A DNA stretch of 64,000 bases from Antechinus flavipes (taxonomy: Eukaryota), in contig NC_067401.1 in the NCBI RefSeq assembly GCF_016432865.1, positions 7,626,001 to 7,690,000 of the forward strand, in the 5' to 3' direction. Made by a program: the position numbers and the translations under genes. Numbering within the stretch: the stretch's first letter is position 1; each line of letters begins with the position of its first letter. This document shows positions 11,016 through 22,800 of the stretch, piece after piece. Under the pieces are notes generated by a model, which was not told the DNA's origin, did no database searches, and was given only the letters and a program-made list of their open reading frames with translations.

Positions 11016-12472
11016 AGGCCCTGTTGCCTTGAACACAGAAAAGGGGCTGGGAATGATGCATCCGGGGGAGGGATGCACCACAAATGAAAAGGCCCTCGGG
11101 GTTATTAGTGCCTAGTGTTCATGTATACTTGGAACTCGCTGCTTCTACGGACTGTGTGTCCCTGGCCCAGGCTGCTCGCTAGACTCAATCTTGTCATTGG
11201 TGAAATGAAAGGATTTCCCATTATTTAAAGAGCGATCCAAGTTCTCTCCTAAAATTTCAGCAGCAACCCGGTGGGGGAGGGAGTGTCAGTGTGTGAAAGT
11301 CATGGGCGTTTGAGGAGCTCTTCCCCAGTTAGAGCCATCCTGGGAGGCTCCCCTGCCCAAGGACTTGGATTGGTCACTGTGACTCATGGATGTTCTCTCT
11401 TGTCAGCTTTTAATCGCCTCCTAGCAACATCCTTTGAGGCCAAGGAAGAAGGGGAGGGTGGGCACTCCAAGTAGGCGCCTCGTCTTGGAAGTTCCCTTAA
11501 GCCGACGACAGATGGCAGCAAGCCTTTGGGCAGGTCAGCCAAGCCCCATTCGGAGCAGCTCCAGCCTTGTGGGGCTGAAAGGCGCTTGGAAGCTTTGGGA
11601 CCCCAGAGCAACATCTCTGCCGCCGAGGAGGAGGAGGGGTCGAGGGAAGGGGGAACCCAGGAGGAATCCAAAGCTCGGGGGAGAGGGGAGGGATGGCCAC
11701 GTGACACGTGCCTGCTGGTGATGAGCCCGCCCCAGCTCACAGATTTCTGCAGCTCTTTACCTAAAAGGTTGAGGAGTGGGGGTGGAAGTGGGACCAGGAA
11801 GGATGGCAAGGTAGGGAGCTGAATAGCCAGGACTTGTAGCTGCCCCTTTACTACCTCCCACATCTGCTAGGAATTGAATCCAGCCTAACCAAGGCCGTTT
11901 GCATGAGAGGGGTCAAGGGCAAAGCTCCACCCAGTCAGGGGAAGTGTGGGGTCCCAGTCCCCTGCTCTGTGTCTACGAGGGCAGAAAAATCACCCGATGG
12001 ATGCAGCAAGCATCCAACTAAGCATCTGCCGGCCACAAGCACGGGAGACACGGAGGAATGACCCCTTTCCCCTCGGGGAGCTCCGATCAAGTGGACAAGT
12101 GGGCAGAGGGGAGAACAAGCGGACAGCTGACAGAGACCCTCACAGCAAGGGCCCCAGCATCAACTCGGGGCTTTCCAGGCAGAGTGCCGCCACCTTACTC
12201 GCTGACACTCCACGGGAGTCCATTTATACCTGGATGCTGGCCCCTAGCACTGGCTCTGAAGAAAATCTCTCCAGGCTTCCCTGTCTGTGCCTCCAAATAA
12301 AGGGCCGGCTGAAGGCTCGCCATGGACTAGATCGGTGGTCAGTCAACAAGCATCTCTTAAGTGCCGACTATGTATCAGGCATTGTAAGCACTGGGGGTCC
12401 AAAACCAAGCCAAAACACGGCCTCCGCACCCAAGCACATTCAGGAGGAGAAAATAAAAACCTAGATATTTAT

Positions 12473-12650
12473 GCAGTAAGACCTAGAATCAGGCCCGAGT
12501 TCAAATCCAGACTTATTATCCCAGGGTAAGTCATTTGTCCTATTTGCCTCCATCTGTCAAAATGAACTAGAGAAGGAAATGGAAAACCATTCCTGTATTT
12601 TTGCCAAGAAAATCCCATGGACAGCATGGTCCATGGGCTCACCACCGAGC
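12473..12650 (+). mobile_element. MAR1-like CORE-SINE inserted in an antisense L2 tail
   Basis: B-box gagttcaaatcc, CORE segment, and RTE-type tail gagaaggaaatggaaaaccattcctgtatttttgccaagaaaatcccatgg. Confidence 0.65.
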
Positions 12651-12869
12651 AGCAAGATATCCCCAGAGGGAATGGGAGGTCATCTCGGAGGAAAGTGAAG
12701 CACCCAGAAAGGGGGGTTGTAGCTTCATGTTCAGAAGGAAGCGGGGAAGTAGAGGAGGAGGAACATTCTAAGTATGGGAGAAGCCAGTGAAAATGCACAG
12801 AGGTGGGAGATGGATTTCATGAGAGATGGCGGTGGTTTGAGAAGTGTGAAAAAGTTGGTCCCAGTCTCT

Positions 12870-14720
12870 GCTGACATTTGATCTCACCTTTGCAGCTGCC
12901 TTTCAGACAACTCGGACATGTCCCTTAAACTCGGAGGCATGTCTAAAACACACTAAATCCCCCCCCAAAAAAACTCTCCCTTCTTCCTACCTTCCCTAAA
13001 GGATTTCCCCTCCTCCAGTCCTTCAGGCTCCCAACCAGTGATTCATCCTGGACTCACCATTCTTTCTCATCCCACAAATTTAGTATGCCAAGGCCTGTTG
13101 ATTTTACCTCTGCAATCTTTTGTTGATTTCACTTCTGTAACAACTCATTAATTTCACCTAGGCAACATCTCTTGATTTCACATCTGCAATCTTTTGATTT
13201 CACTTCTGCAACATCTCTTTTCAACTCTGCAACATCTCTTGATTTCACCTCTGCAATTTTTTCATTTTTGCAACATCTCTTGATTTCACTTTTGCAACAT
13301 CTCTTGATTTCACCTCTGCAATCTTGTTTTCTGCAACATTTCTTTTCACATCTGCAATCTTTTGATTTCACTTCTGCAGCATCTCTTCACCTCTGAAATC
13401 TTGTTTTCACTTCTGCAACATCTCCTTGATTTCACCTCTGCAATCTTTTCACTTCTGCAACATCTCAATTTCACCTCTTCAACATCTCTTGCTGATTTCA
13501 CCTCTGCAATCTTGTTTTCACTTCTGCAACATCTTGATTTCACCTCTGCCACATCTCTTATTGATTTCACCTCTGCAACATTAATTGTTGATTTCACCTC
13601 TGCAATCTTGTTTTCACTTCTGCAACATCTCTTGTTGATTTTACCTCTGCCACATCCCTTGATTTCACTTCTGCAGCATCTTGTTGATTTTACCTCTGCC
13701 ACATCCCTTGATTTCACTTCTGCAGCATCTTGTTGATTTCACCTCTGCCACCTCTCTTGATTTCACTTCTGCAGCATCTCTTATTGATTTCACCTCTGCA
13801 ACATCTCTTGTTGATTTTACCTCTGCCACATCCCTTGATTTCACTTCTGCAGCATCTTGATTTCACCTCTGCCACATCTCTTGATTTCACTTCTGCAGCA
13901 TCTCTTAATTGATTTCACCTTTGCAACATTTCTTGTGGATTTCACCTCTGCAATCTTTTCACTTCTGCAACATCTCAATTTCACCTCTGCAACATCTCTT
14001 ATTGATTTCACCTCTGCAACATTTCTTGTTTTCACCTCTGCAATCTTTTTTTCACCTCTGCAACATCTCTTGTTGATTTCACCTCTGCAACATCTGTTGA
14101 TTTCACCTCTGCAATATCTCTTGTTGATTTCACCTCTGCAACATCTGTTGATTTCACCTCTGCAATATCTCTTGTTGATTTCACCTCTACAATCTTGATT
14201 TCACTTCTGCAGCATCTCTTGATTTCCCCTCTGCAGCATCTCTTGTTGATTTCCCCTCTGCAACATCTCTCCCGCCTTTTCTCCTCTGACCCTGCTCCCA
14301 CCCTAGTGCCCAGCCTTCCTCACACGACTATTACAAGAGCTGCTGGAAGATTTTCAGGTCTCTAGCCTCAAGTTGCTCAGTCCACCCTCCATTCAGCCAT
14401 TCATTACTCCATTCAGTAAGCTGCTCTTCATCCTCTAGCCCCCTCCTGCTCCCCAATCTTCCTGACCCTCTGATCTGGTGACCCAGGCCTCTGGACTTCT
14501 CTCTGGCCACCCCCCATTCCAGGAAAACTCCCTTCTCGGCTCTGACTAGCGACCTATCTGACTTCCAAGTTCAAAATCCCAACTCCTAGAGAAGTCTTCC
14601 CTCTATTTCCTGTACATAACGTTCGCTTGTTTCCGTTAGATTGTACACTCCTGGAGGGCAGGGGCTGTCTTTTGTGGGGGGGTGTTGTTTTGGTTTGGTT
14701 TTGTACCCCCAGAACTTGGC
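12870..14720 (+). mobile_element. L2 LINE 3' region interrupted by an internal minisatellite
   Basis: Left flank (cagacaactcggacatgtccc...gccaaggcctgttgattttacctctgc) and right flank (ctcctctgaccctgctcccaccctagtg...gactattacaagagc...; ttagattgtacactcctggagggcagggg) are collinear with marsupial L2 3' sequence. Confidence 0.7.
13096..14270. repeat. About 1.17-kb variant minisatellite, unit GATTTCACYTCTGCAACATCTCTT(GTT), 24-27 bp, roughly 40-50 copies
   Basis: Direct reading of the tandem units. It produces the repetitive DFTSATSL and AEVKS ORFs in the track. Confidence 0.95.
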
Positions 14721-14899
14721 CCTGGAGGCACAGGTTGTAGAAGGGCTTTGCAAGCCAGAGTGGAGAACAGGAGAGCCCAGGGCTGGTGTCTTTGTGTGGA
14801 AGGAAGCTCAGCCCGGATACCCCAAGGAACCTGGAGCCTCTTTCAGACCAATAAACGTTCAATCAAGGATCCAGCTGTCGTTCATCTCCCTCCGTGCCC

Positions 14900-15900
14900 T
14901 CGAGAAGCTTACATCGTCGGGGGTGGGGAGGGAAGCGGCGGCGGGCCCGACTCGGGCAAGTCCCAACCAATCTGGAGGGTCAGTGCGGGGTACGGGACGG
15001 TCCCCGGCTTCTGGGGGTGAGGGACTCCTGGACTTGATGGCACCTCAGCGGAAGGGCAGCGTGCTCGAGCGGCCGGGGGCCAGCCCTCCGCCCCTCCCGC
15101 CCCCAGTGCCGCAGCCCCACGCTCGCCCCTCCAGGGGATGCCCATTTGGCCGAGGCGTGCCCCGCGCCGCCTAAGCCGTCCGGTCCCTCCCTCTTCCCGC
15201 CCCCCATTCCTATCCCGGGCTATTTTGGGAAACTCAGGTTCCTCTTTAAACTTAGACACACCCCTAGAAACTAAGTGCGAGTCTCCCCTCCCCCCGCTCG
15301 GCCCCAGGAAACCTAGGTGGAGAGGGTCCTGCGGCGGCCGGAGCCGAGGCTAGCCCCCGCCGCGGGCCCAGGTGGCTCGCACGTCCATTGCCGTCCCCTC
15401 CTCCGCCCTCCGGCCCCTCCTCACCCCCACCTCCCTCCTCCCCGCCAGGCGCGCCCGGGGCTGCTCCCGGCGGAGCCCTCCAGCCGGGTGCCGGTGGTTG
15501 GCTCGCGGGGCTGTCAGGCTCCCCTCCGGCCCCTTCTCGGGCTGCTTTCGATTGCTTCCCCCTCCCCCTGCCCCGCCTCTCCTCCCCCCCCCCCCACTTT
15601 TCCCTCCTTCTTTTTCCCTCCTCCCTCCTGCGGACCGACAGGCGGGCGGCTGCTGCGGTTGCTGTTGCTGCTGCTGCGGAGGCTGCCAGAGGTTGCGGGA
15701 GCTGATCTCTGTCGGTTTGGCCAGAGGGTCTCGCCCCAGTCATGGCTCTGCCGCGGGGGACCCCGAGTCGGCCTCTGGTCGGCTTCATCTGCTTGGTCCT
15801 GGGTAAGTGTGAGCCACAGCCACCCGGTGCCGCAGGAATCCTGGGGCTCTGGGAAGGGCTGGCTGCTGGGGGTGAGATAGGGAGTAGGGAAGACCGAGAG
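14900..15900 (+). promoter_or_regulatory. RAMP1 CpG-island promoter and 5'UTR
   Basis: Dense CpG and GC boxes, CCAAT at 14967-14971, directly upstream of and spanning RAMP1 exon 1. Confidence 0.8.
15742..15802 (+). CDS. RAMP1: RAMP1 exon 1 (signal peptide)
   Basis: Kozak context gtcATGG. Translates MALPRGTPSRPLVGFICLVL plus one G, with a G|GTAAGT donor at 15803. Phase 1 joins exon 2 to give AQHLVPATSC. Confidence 0.88.
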
Positions 15901-16196
15901 CTCCGGGCACCGAGTCTGGAACCCCTTTTGTGTTCTGTTTTTCCATTCCCCAGCTGTGTGACCTTAGTCAAGTCACTGCCCCATTGTAGTTGCAGTTTTC
16001 TAATCTGCTCCGCGTGTATATGTGCGAGGAGTGGTTGAGAATGCTGGGGTTCGCCCTTAGGAGATGGCGGGGAAAGTGAGGAAGACGCCTTGGAAACCAG
16101 GAGGGTTTTGCCCTCTCTCCCTCCCCCACAGTCTGGGCAGCCCTAAACTGAGCCGAGGAGCGGGCAGATCTTGGGCTCTCTCTGCTGGACCCCCAT

Positions 16197-16495
16197 CCGC
16201 CATTCCTCCCTGCCTCGACCCCTCCGCCATTCCTCCCTGCCTCGACTCCTCCGCCATTCCTCCCTGCCTCGACTCCTCCGCCATTCCTCTCTGCCTCGAC
16301 CCCCCCCTTCTCCATTCCTTTCTACCTCGACCCCCCCTCCATTCCTCTCTGCCTCGACCCCCCCCTTCTCCATTCCTTTCTACCTCGACCCTCCCTCCAT
16401 TCTTCCCTGCCTCACCCCCCCTCCATTCCTCTCTGCCTCGACCCTCCCTCCATTCTTCCCTGCCTCGATCCCCCTCCTCCATTCCTCTCTGCCTC
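16197..16495. repeat. C-rich 27-bp minisatellite (CCATTCCTCCCTGCCTCGACCCCTCCG), about 11 copies
   Basis: Direct reading; first units near-perfect, later units degenerate. Confidence 0.92.
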
Positions 16496-16754
16496 TCCTT
16501 TATTCTCCCCCCTCTCTCTTCTCCTTTCCTCCTCTCCCCCTGTTGATGCCACCTGAGTCTCATTCTCCTGCCTGGGGGTGGGGGTGGGGACTGTTCCCTG
16601 GCTCCCTCCCCCAGGGCTTCCTCCTCCCTGAGAATTCGGGCGCCGAGATTGCCAGCTCCCGTGCTTGGGTGGATGATGGACCCAAAGGTCCCCCGGATTG
16701 AGGGCCGCTTATTGGGGGGTGGGGGAGAGACTCGGCCACCTCATTTTACGGAGG

Positions 16755-16900
16755 GCTTAATCCCGTGAAACAGCTGCAGCCAGATGTGCCATGACGAGCC
16801 CTCCCAGGGCGGCTCCCGTCTACCTTTGCTGGCGCTTTCCTTAGTCTTCTTCACGCCCTCGCTACATTCGGGCCGAGTGACCTATTTAGGGAAGCGGCCT
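16755..16900. promoter_or_regulatory. Candidate intronic enhancer: paired E-boxes plus CArG box
   Basis: CAGCTG 16771-16776, CAGATG 16781-16786, and consensus CArG CCTATTTAGG 16881-16890. Confidence 0.4.
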
Positions 16901-17559
16901 CCGCCCCCGCTAAGGTCCGCAGACTCCAAAGCCCGCACGAGGGCAGGAGGTCCGTGAACTTGAATGGGGGGGGGGGGGTGGAAGGGGGTGACATCTATGG
17001 TCATCCACTCTGTCTGAAATCAGTCGTTCCAAAGGGATTCTGAAAGGGAGTCGTGCCCCCCCTCCACCTCCCACCCCCGCCCCTTGCCAATGCGGTCCCC
17101 CCAGGGCCGGAGCCAGAAGTGCTTGGGCTCGCTGTAACAGGCCCCGTCTCGCTTGTTTTCTGGGGAGGGAGAGAAGGTGAGAGGGAAAGAAGCCAAATCT
17201 CTGATGAAAAACAACCCCCCCCTGAACCCTCCAGGGACGTCACCCTCCCCCCAACTGATCTCCCCTCATCAAAGAAGCACGAATTAGGCTCACGTGTTTA
17301 TATGGCACCTCCCCTCCCCCTGCAGTGTGTGCTCCCCCACCCCCACCCCACCCCCATAGACTCTAGGAGGCAGGAGGGGTTCCTTTCGAGGCTGCATTGG
17401 CAGTGCCAGGCTGGTCCCCTGTGGGGCAGGACCTCGGTTCAACCCTTGAGCCTTTTTTGTGGAACAGGACCGATGGGACGGGGTGCGGGAGGGGGAATGG
17501 TTCTCTCCCAAGACCTGGGTGGGAAGGGAGATGCGGCAGGTGGGCTACGGGGAGAGCAG

Positions 17560-18350
17560 GTTGGGCAGGGGCGTTCCCACGGTGAGCCCGGGCTGGGGAG
17601 TCACATCCATCGGCGTGGGGAACTTCAGCCCCACATAGGCTTCTGGGGGGCTCTCCAGGGCTCTGTCGGAGCAGCCGAGCAGGGCGGGGTCCACACTGCT
17701 CTCGGTAGGTCGGTAGACCTTGATTTCGGGGCTCCTGGATCCAGCGGGCGCCGTTAGGTGGGGGAGCGGTGGGCGGGCTTGCTATTGGCCAGCCGAGCTG
17801 TCTGTAGAGGGCCCCCTGGAGCAGCTGGGCGGGGCATAGGCCGCGCTGCCCTCTGATTGGCGGCTGGGGATTCGGGGATGCGGCACGGATGGCGCGGTAG
17901 CCGCCGCCGCAGTCGCTGCCGCAGTGGCCACGGTAGCCACCTTTGCTAGGGCGGAGCCCTTCCCGCCCCGGGCCGGAGGTTCGCCGGCGGGCGCCGCGGG
18001 GAGGGCCGGCCACGGGCCTCGGGGCCCTTCTCCGAGCCTCGGTTTCCCCGTCCATGCGACTGCGGCAGATTCACCTGCCCGGGAAGGTGCTCTCGGGTCC
18101 TTCCGAAAAGGGGTTAAGCTTTGTTCAGCCTCCACGTGGCAGCTCCCCGCGGCCTGACATTCCAGGCCGCTCTCCTCCTCCGGCTGTGGGCTGCTCGCTG
18201 GCCGCCCTCGCATCTGTGTTTGAACAAGAAGGGCCCCGCGGGTCCTGCCTCAAGCCCAGAGAATGGGGCGGGCCTGGCCGGCCTCCGGCTGTGGAAACGG
18301 GCGGAAAGAGCCGGAACATCCTCGCTGGAGGCCCCTCCCGGGACGGGGTC
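17560..18350. promoter_or_regulatory. Second CpG island in RAMP1 intron 1 with promoter-type motifs
   Basis: GC boxes at 17771, 17827 and 17949. Inverted CCAAT boxes at 17784-17788 (GGCCAATAG on minus) and 17856-17860 (CCAATCAG on minus). High CpG density. Confidence 0.6.
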
Positions 18351-19619
18351 ATCCCAGCCAAGGAAATGCAGACCCCAGCCTCGCCCGAGAAAACAGAATG
18401 GGAAGAATTTGCCCCATCCCCCCCAATGTCTGTAAGGCAAAATGTCCCTCGGTTAAACAGCCACGGACTCTCCCCCGCCCCCTTGCTCAGGACCGTTTTA
18501 TTGTTCTGTCCTCCCCATAGGGAGCCGCTTCTCGGGAAGTAGAGGGGCTGGATGGCAAGCCTAGATCGGGACCCTGCTTCAGGCTACATGTGTCATCCTT
18601 CTTTTGAGCTTCAGTTCCTCGTTTGCAAAATGGGGCTTGGATTCCTTTCCTTTTTAAAATTTCTTTTTGGTTGCGGTATCTGGGGTTGAGTGACTCTCCA
18701 GGGTCACCCAGGGAGGACGGGTTAAGTGTCTGAGGCCAGATTGGAACTCGGGTCCTCCTGACTTCGGGGCTGGTGCTCCACCACCGCACTGGCTGCCCCG
18801 GTTTTGATTCATTTCAACGTTATTTGAAAACCAGAGCTCCCTGAGAGCAGAAATTGATTCAGTTTTGTGTGGTCTTGTCTTGTAAATTCATCCCCCGCAG
18901 AGTGTGTTACCCGTAGGCACTTAATTAATGCCCGTAGATTGTTTGAACACCATCTAGAATTTGCCTGGCACCGGGTGGGACTCTGTAGCTGCCAAGATAA
19001 AAATGAAACAGTCCCTTCCTCCAGGGCTGGCATTCGTTTTTTCCCATTAGTATTTTATTTTTCTCAATTCATGCAAAGAGAGTTTCCAATATTCGTCTTT
19101 GCAAAACTTCCCCGCCCCCAATTTTGCTCGCTCCTTCCCCTCTTCCCCCTCCCCAACAGAGGGCAAACATGTGCCCTCCCTCAACACATCTCCATGTCCA
19201 CCAGGGCGTCCTTTTTAAAACCAGTCCATTGGGGCCTTTTATCTTTGTATCAGCAGCGAGATTGGGACTAAGGGGTCCCAAGTCTAAGATTATAAATTGT
19301 ACAGAAAGCGCTGATGTGCATTGGTGGAGGGACTTTTCTCCCCTGGAAGTTCTGTGTCCTAATGAAATCACCTCTATTTGCCACCTCTCCATGTTCATGA
19401 CTCTCTAAACCGAGAGATGAAGGGCATTCTGATTGGCCCAGGAGTTCTTGCCGTGGAGACTTTGATTTCTGTCCAGAGTAGCTTACATTTGACTAGGACT
19501 CAAGGCTTGCAAAGCTGTCTCTGAAATGATCCTCTTGGATTAGGGAGATGCTGTCATTGGGATTATTTAATAGACGGGGAAACTATTTAATAGGGTTATG
19601 GTACCTCATGGAGTACAGC

Positions 19620-19862
19620 TCGGGGCTACAGTGGATTGAGGGCCAGCTCTGGAGTCAGGAACACTTCCTGAGTTCAAATCTGGCCTCAAGCACTTAGAAG
19701 CTATGTGACCTCGGATAAGTCACTTAACCCAGTTTGCCTCAGTTTCCTCATCTGTAAAAATGAACTTGAGAAGGAAATGACTAACTGCTCTGGTATCCCT
19801 GTCAAGAAAATCCCAAGTGAGAACATAAAGAGTTGCATATAATCGCACACAACTGAACAACA
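19620..19862 (+). mobile_element. MAR1-like CORE-SINE
   Basis: tRNA-derived head with B-box gagttcaaatc, CORE (gcctcagtttcctcatctgtaaaa), and RTE-type tail gagaaggaaatg...caactgaacaacag. Similar copies near 28185-28340 (-), 39345-39545, 49205-49420 and 51500-51660 (-), plus many shorter MIR/CORE fragments. Confidence 0.75.
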
Positions 19863-22800
19863 GAAACACAAATCCTGCTCTCCTTTAATTTTGGTCTGGA
19901 GTTATGATTTCATTTGCTCTGTGGGACTCCCACTGTGGAAACTCTCTTCCCTAATACAGATCCATTACATATCTATAAAACAATCATTTTGGAGAGCCCA
20001 GGGTCCCACAGCTCCCAGATGTCAGAGGCACAGCTCGAATGCCGTTAGGGCTTCCTGCCTCCAAAGCTAGCTACTACTTAAACGCTGCCTCTCACAAATG
20101 GTCATAGTCCAATTTACAAAGGAGCAAACTGAGGCTGGAGATATGACATGACATCATTCAAAGGGGACTTTTTAAAAGATGATCGATGATGGAATTAGAG
20201 TTGGAAGAGTCCTTGGAATTCACTCTATGTAAGCCACTTATTTTTTTTATGGCGAGGGAGCCGTGGGAAGCGCTGCCCCACCTGTGCTGGAAGCCAAATG
20301 CCCCCCCGCAGTTTTCACAGTCTCAGCCGGGGGGCCGCTGGGCCCAGCCAAGGAAAGCTCTCTCCGGCCTCCTGCCTCCAGGGATCCCTCCTTGCGACCT
20401 TCCTCCCTCTTAGTCTAGAAAGATTGATGGCACGGTGTCGTTAAAACCCTCCCATCCCGGGGTCCTTCGGAAAGTCGGACAGGGACGTGTTTGGTTCTCC
20501 CGGGAATCGCACCGAGCCGGGGAATTCAGCTCCCCTTGATCTCTCTCTGGCGGCTGGACCCGGAGGGCTCTGGAGGGGAAAGTGAGGCCGGTGACCTCGC
20601 CCAGCCTCCCTCCCTCCAATCCTGATGCCGTGGTCCTCCCCGAGAAGGAAAGACAAACGGCAGCCGCAAAGGGAGCCGAGTGTTTCCTGCCTTGGAGGGT
20701 GGGAGCGTGGCAACTTTAAAAAGCAGCTCTACCTGCCCTTTGGGGGAAAAGGGGAGGCCATCAGGGAAAAGTGACATGCCCAGGGTCACTCCGCTGGCAG
20801 GTTTCTGAAGGTAAATTTGAACCCGGGTCCTCCTGACTCCAGGCTCCCTGCCTGGGAAGATTCCTTGTTAACGAGAACCCTGGACCAGAAGGACCAGAAG
20901 GATCCTTTAATTTACAGATGAGGAAACTGAGTCCCAAAGATGTTCAGTGATGTCCAAGGACCTAAGAACATCCGTTTAGAACCCAAAGGGCCTCACAGCT
21001 CTCATCCAACCTGCTTGTTTTCCAGATGAGGAATCAGACCCAGAAAACAGGCCAGGATTCCATTCCAGGTCCCTTTGCCTCTTCTCCCCCAGCGGGCCAC
21101 AGAAAGCTTCACTAGGACCCTCGCTCCGGGATAATCACTCGGAAGGAGCGGGGAGGGAGCGGTAGTAGTCAAGACTGCCTGGCCACGCTCTCCCAGTAGG
21201 CCCTGCAATTGTCATGCCCATTTTACAGAAAGGGAAACTGAGGCAAGCAGTATTCAGTGATTTACCCAGGAGCACACAGTAATAACTGTCTAAGGCTCCT
21301 TTGGAACTCGGGTCTTCCTGACTCTGGGTTCAAGGTTTTATCCTTGTACTGTTCAACTTCCTCTTACGGGTCATTTAGACTTTTCATTTTACAAATGGGG
21401 AACTGAGCCCCTGAGGGATTGAACACCTCGCCTGGGATCATACAGCCGGGATTTCCGACCTGGCGGCCTTCCCTCTGAGCCCCACTGCTTCCTTCCCCTT
21501 CCGGCTCTTCCGGGCCAGCCGATACCGGAGGGACGGGCGGCCGTTTCACCTCCAGGTGTTTGGGCTGGCCTTTCATGAACACTGGTTTTGAGGCTCACGA
21601 GTCACCCCGGGGGCTGTTGAGGAGGAAGAGAGCCCTCCGTCTGGGTCAGGGAGGTTGGGGGTTCAATGCCTGAGAAAGGAACAGCGAGAGCGAGGCATTA
21701 GCTCAGGAGTTCCCAGAATTCAGGGGTTACAGCAGGGTGAGCTCTCCGCCCTGGCCATGGGCCCGGCAGGACCTGGGGTGTCCCAAAAGAGCCCTGGGGT
21801 TGGAGCTGCTACGGGGCCGAGCTGAGATTTGAACCCAGGTCCTCTAAGTTGGCATTCTTTCAGTACTGCAGCCCCCTCGTGACCACCTGGGACCCTGTCT
21901 TGCTTCTGTCGCTCACTGTGCAATCGTTTACAAGAAAAAGAAACAGCATTTATTAAGTGCTTACTGTATACCAGGCACTGTACTGAACCCTTAGCATGCA
22001 AAGGAAGGCAGTCTCTGCCCTCAGAGAGCTCACGGTCACAGGGGAGGCACCAGATCAGAAACTCATCATGGGGAAGTCATAGAGCTCTTTGAGCCTCAGT
22101 TTACTGTTCTGCCAAATGGGATGATGATAGCTTCTCTTCCTGTATCCACAAGTTTGGGTACCACCCCAGCTCTGCCAGTTCCTACCTGTGTGACCTTGGG
22201 TCTCACCTGACCTCCCTGGACCTCACTTTCCTTCCCTGGCAGTGAGAAAGGTGAAGGTCTCCTCTAGCAGGTACCTGGACATGTCAGAACCCTCGAGCAG
22301 GAAGGGGCCTCGAGCCCATTTATTCCGGCCTGCAGCAGAGTGAGGGTCTGCCCTGGAAGGGCCAGCCCGTGGCCCCCCAGCTTTCCCACCTGCTACCTGT
22401 GGAGCAGCCCAGAGCACTCTGGGACAGCCCTCACTGGGAGGAAACTCTTCGAGTCCGTCCCTTTGCCTCTCTCCTGCCGGCTTGTTCCACCTTCTGGGGC
22501 TAAAGCAGTCATCCAGCCCCCTGAGCCCGCCCTCATCCTTCCCTCCCACCTCATCATTCTCTTTGTCCCCATTTCCTCTGATCCATCCCTAGGGGACATT
22601 GACTTATGGTCCAGAATCAGCCAAAGGCATAAACCCGAGATCAAACCTCGGTTTCCCTTCTGGCATAAAAGCCAGAGATTTGTGACCACACAAACAGGAG
22701 CAGACGGACAGTGCTGTTCTTCCCGGGCTCTAATAAAAGTCTCCCACTTCCTTCTCTCGATGGGTGTAAAGGGAAACTTCCCGGGAGTCTCCGGTTAATG

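Noticed and set aside
13129-14301. Repetitive ORFs on both strands (DFTSATSL, AEVKS, RCCRSE)
   Set aside because: They are translations of the minisatellite, with frequent frame changes and no splice or start context.
17889-17900. ATGGCGCGGTAG (MAR*) resembling the human RAMP1 start MAR
   Set aside because: Only three codons and an immediate stop; the true exon 1 at 15742 splices in frame. Treated as coincidence.
14909-18542. Many long overlapping ORFs of 100-235 aa
   Set aside because: Expected in CpG islands depleted of stop codons; low complexity and no recognisable domains. Only the first 20 codons of ORF 15742 are RAMP1 exon 1.
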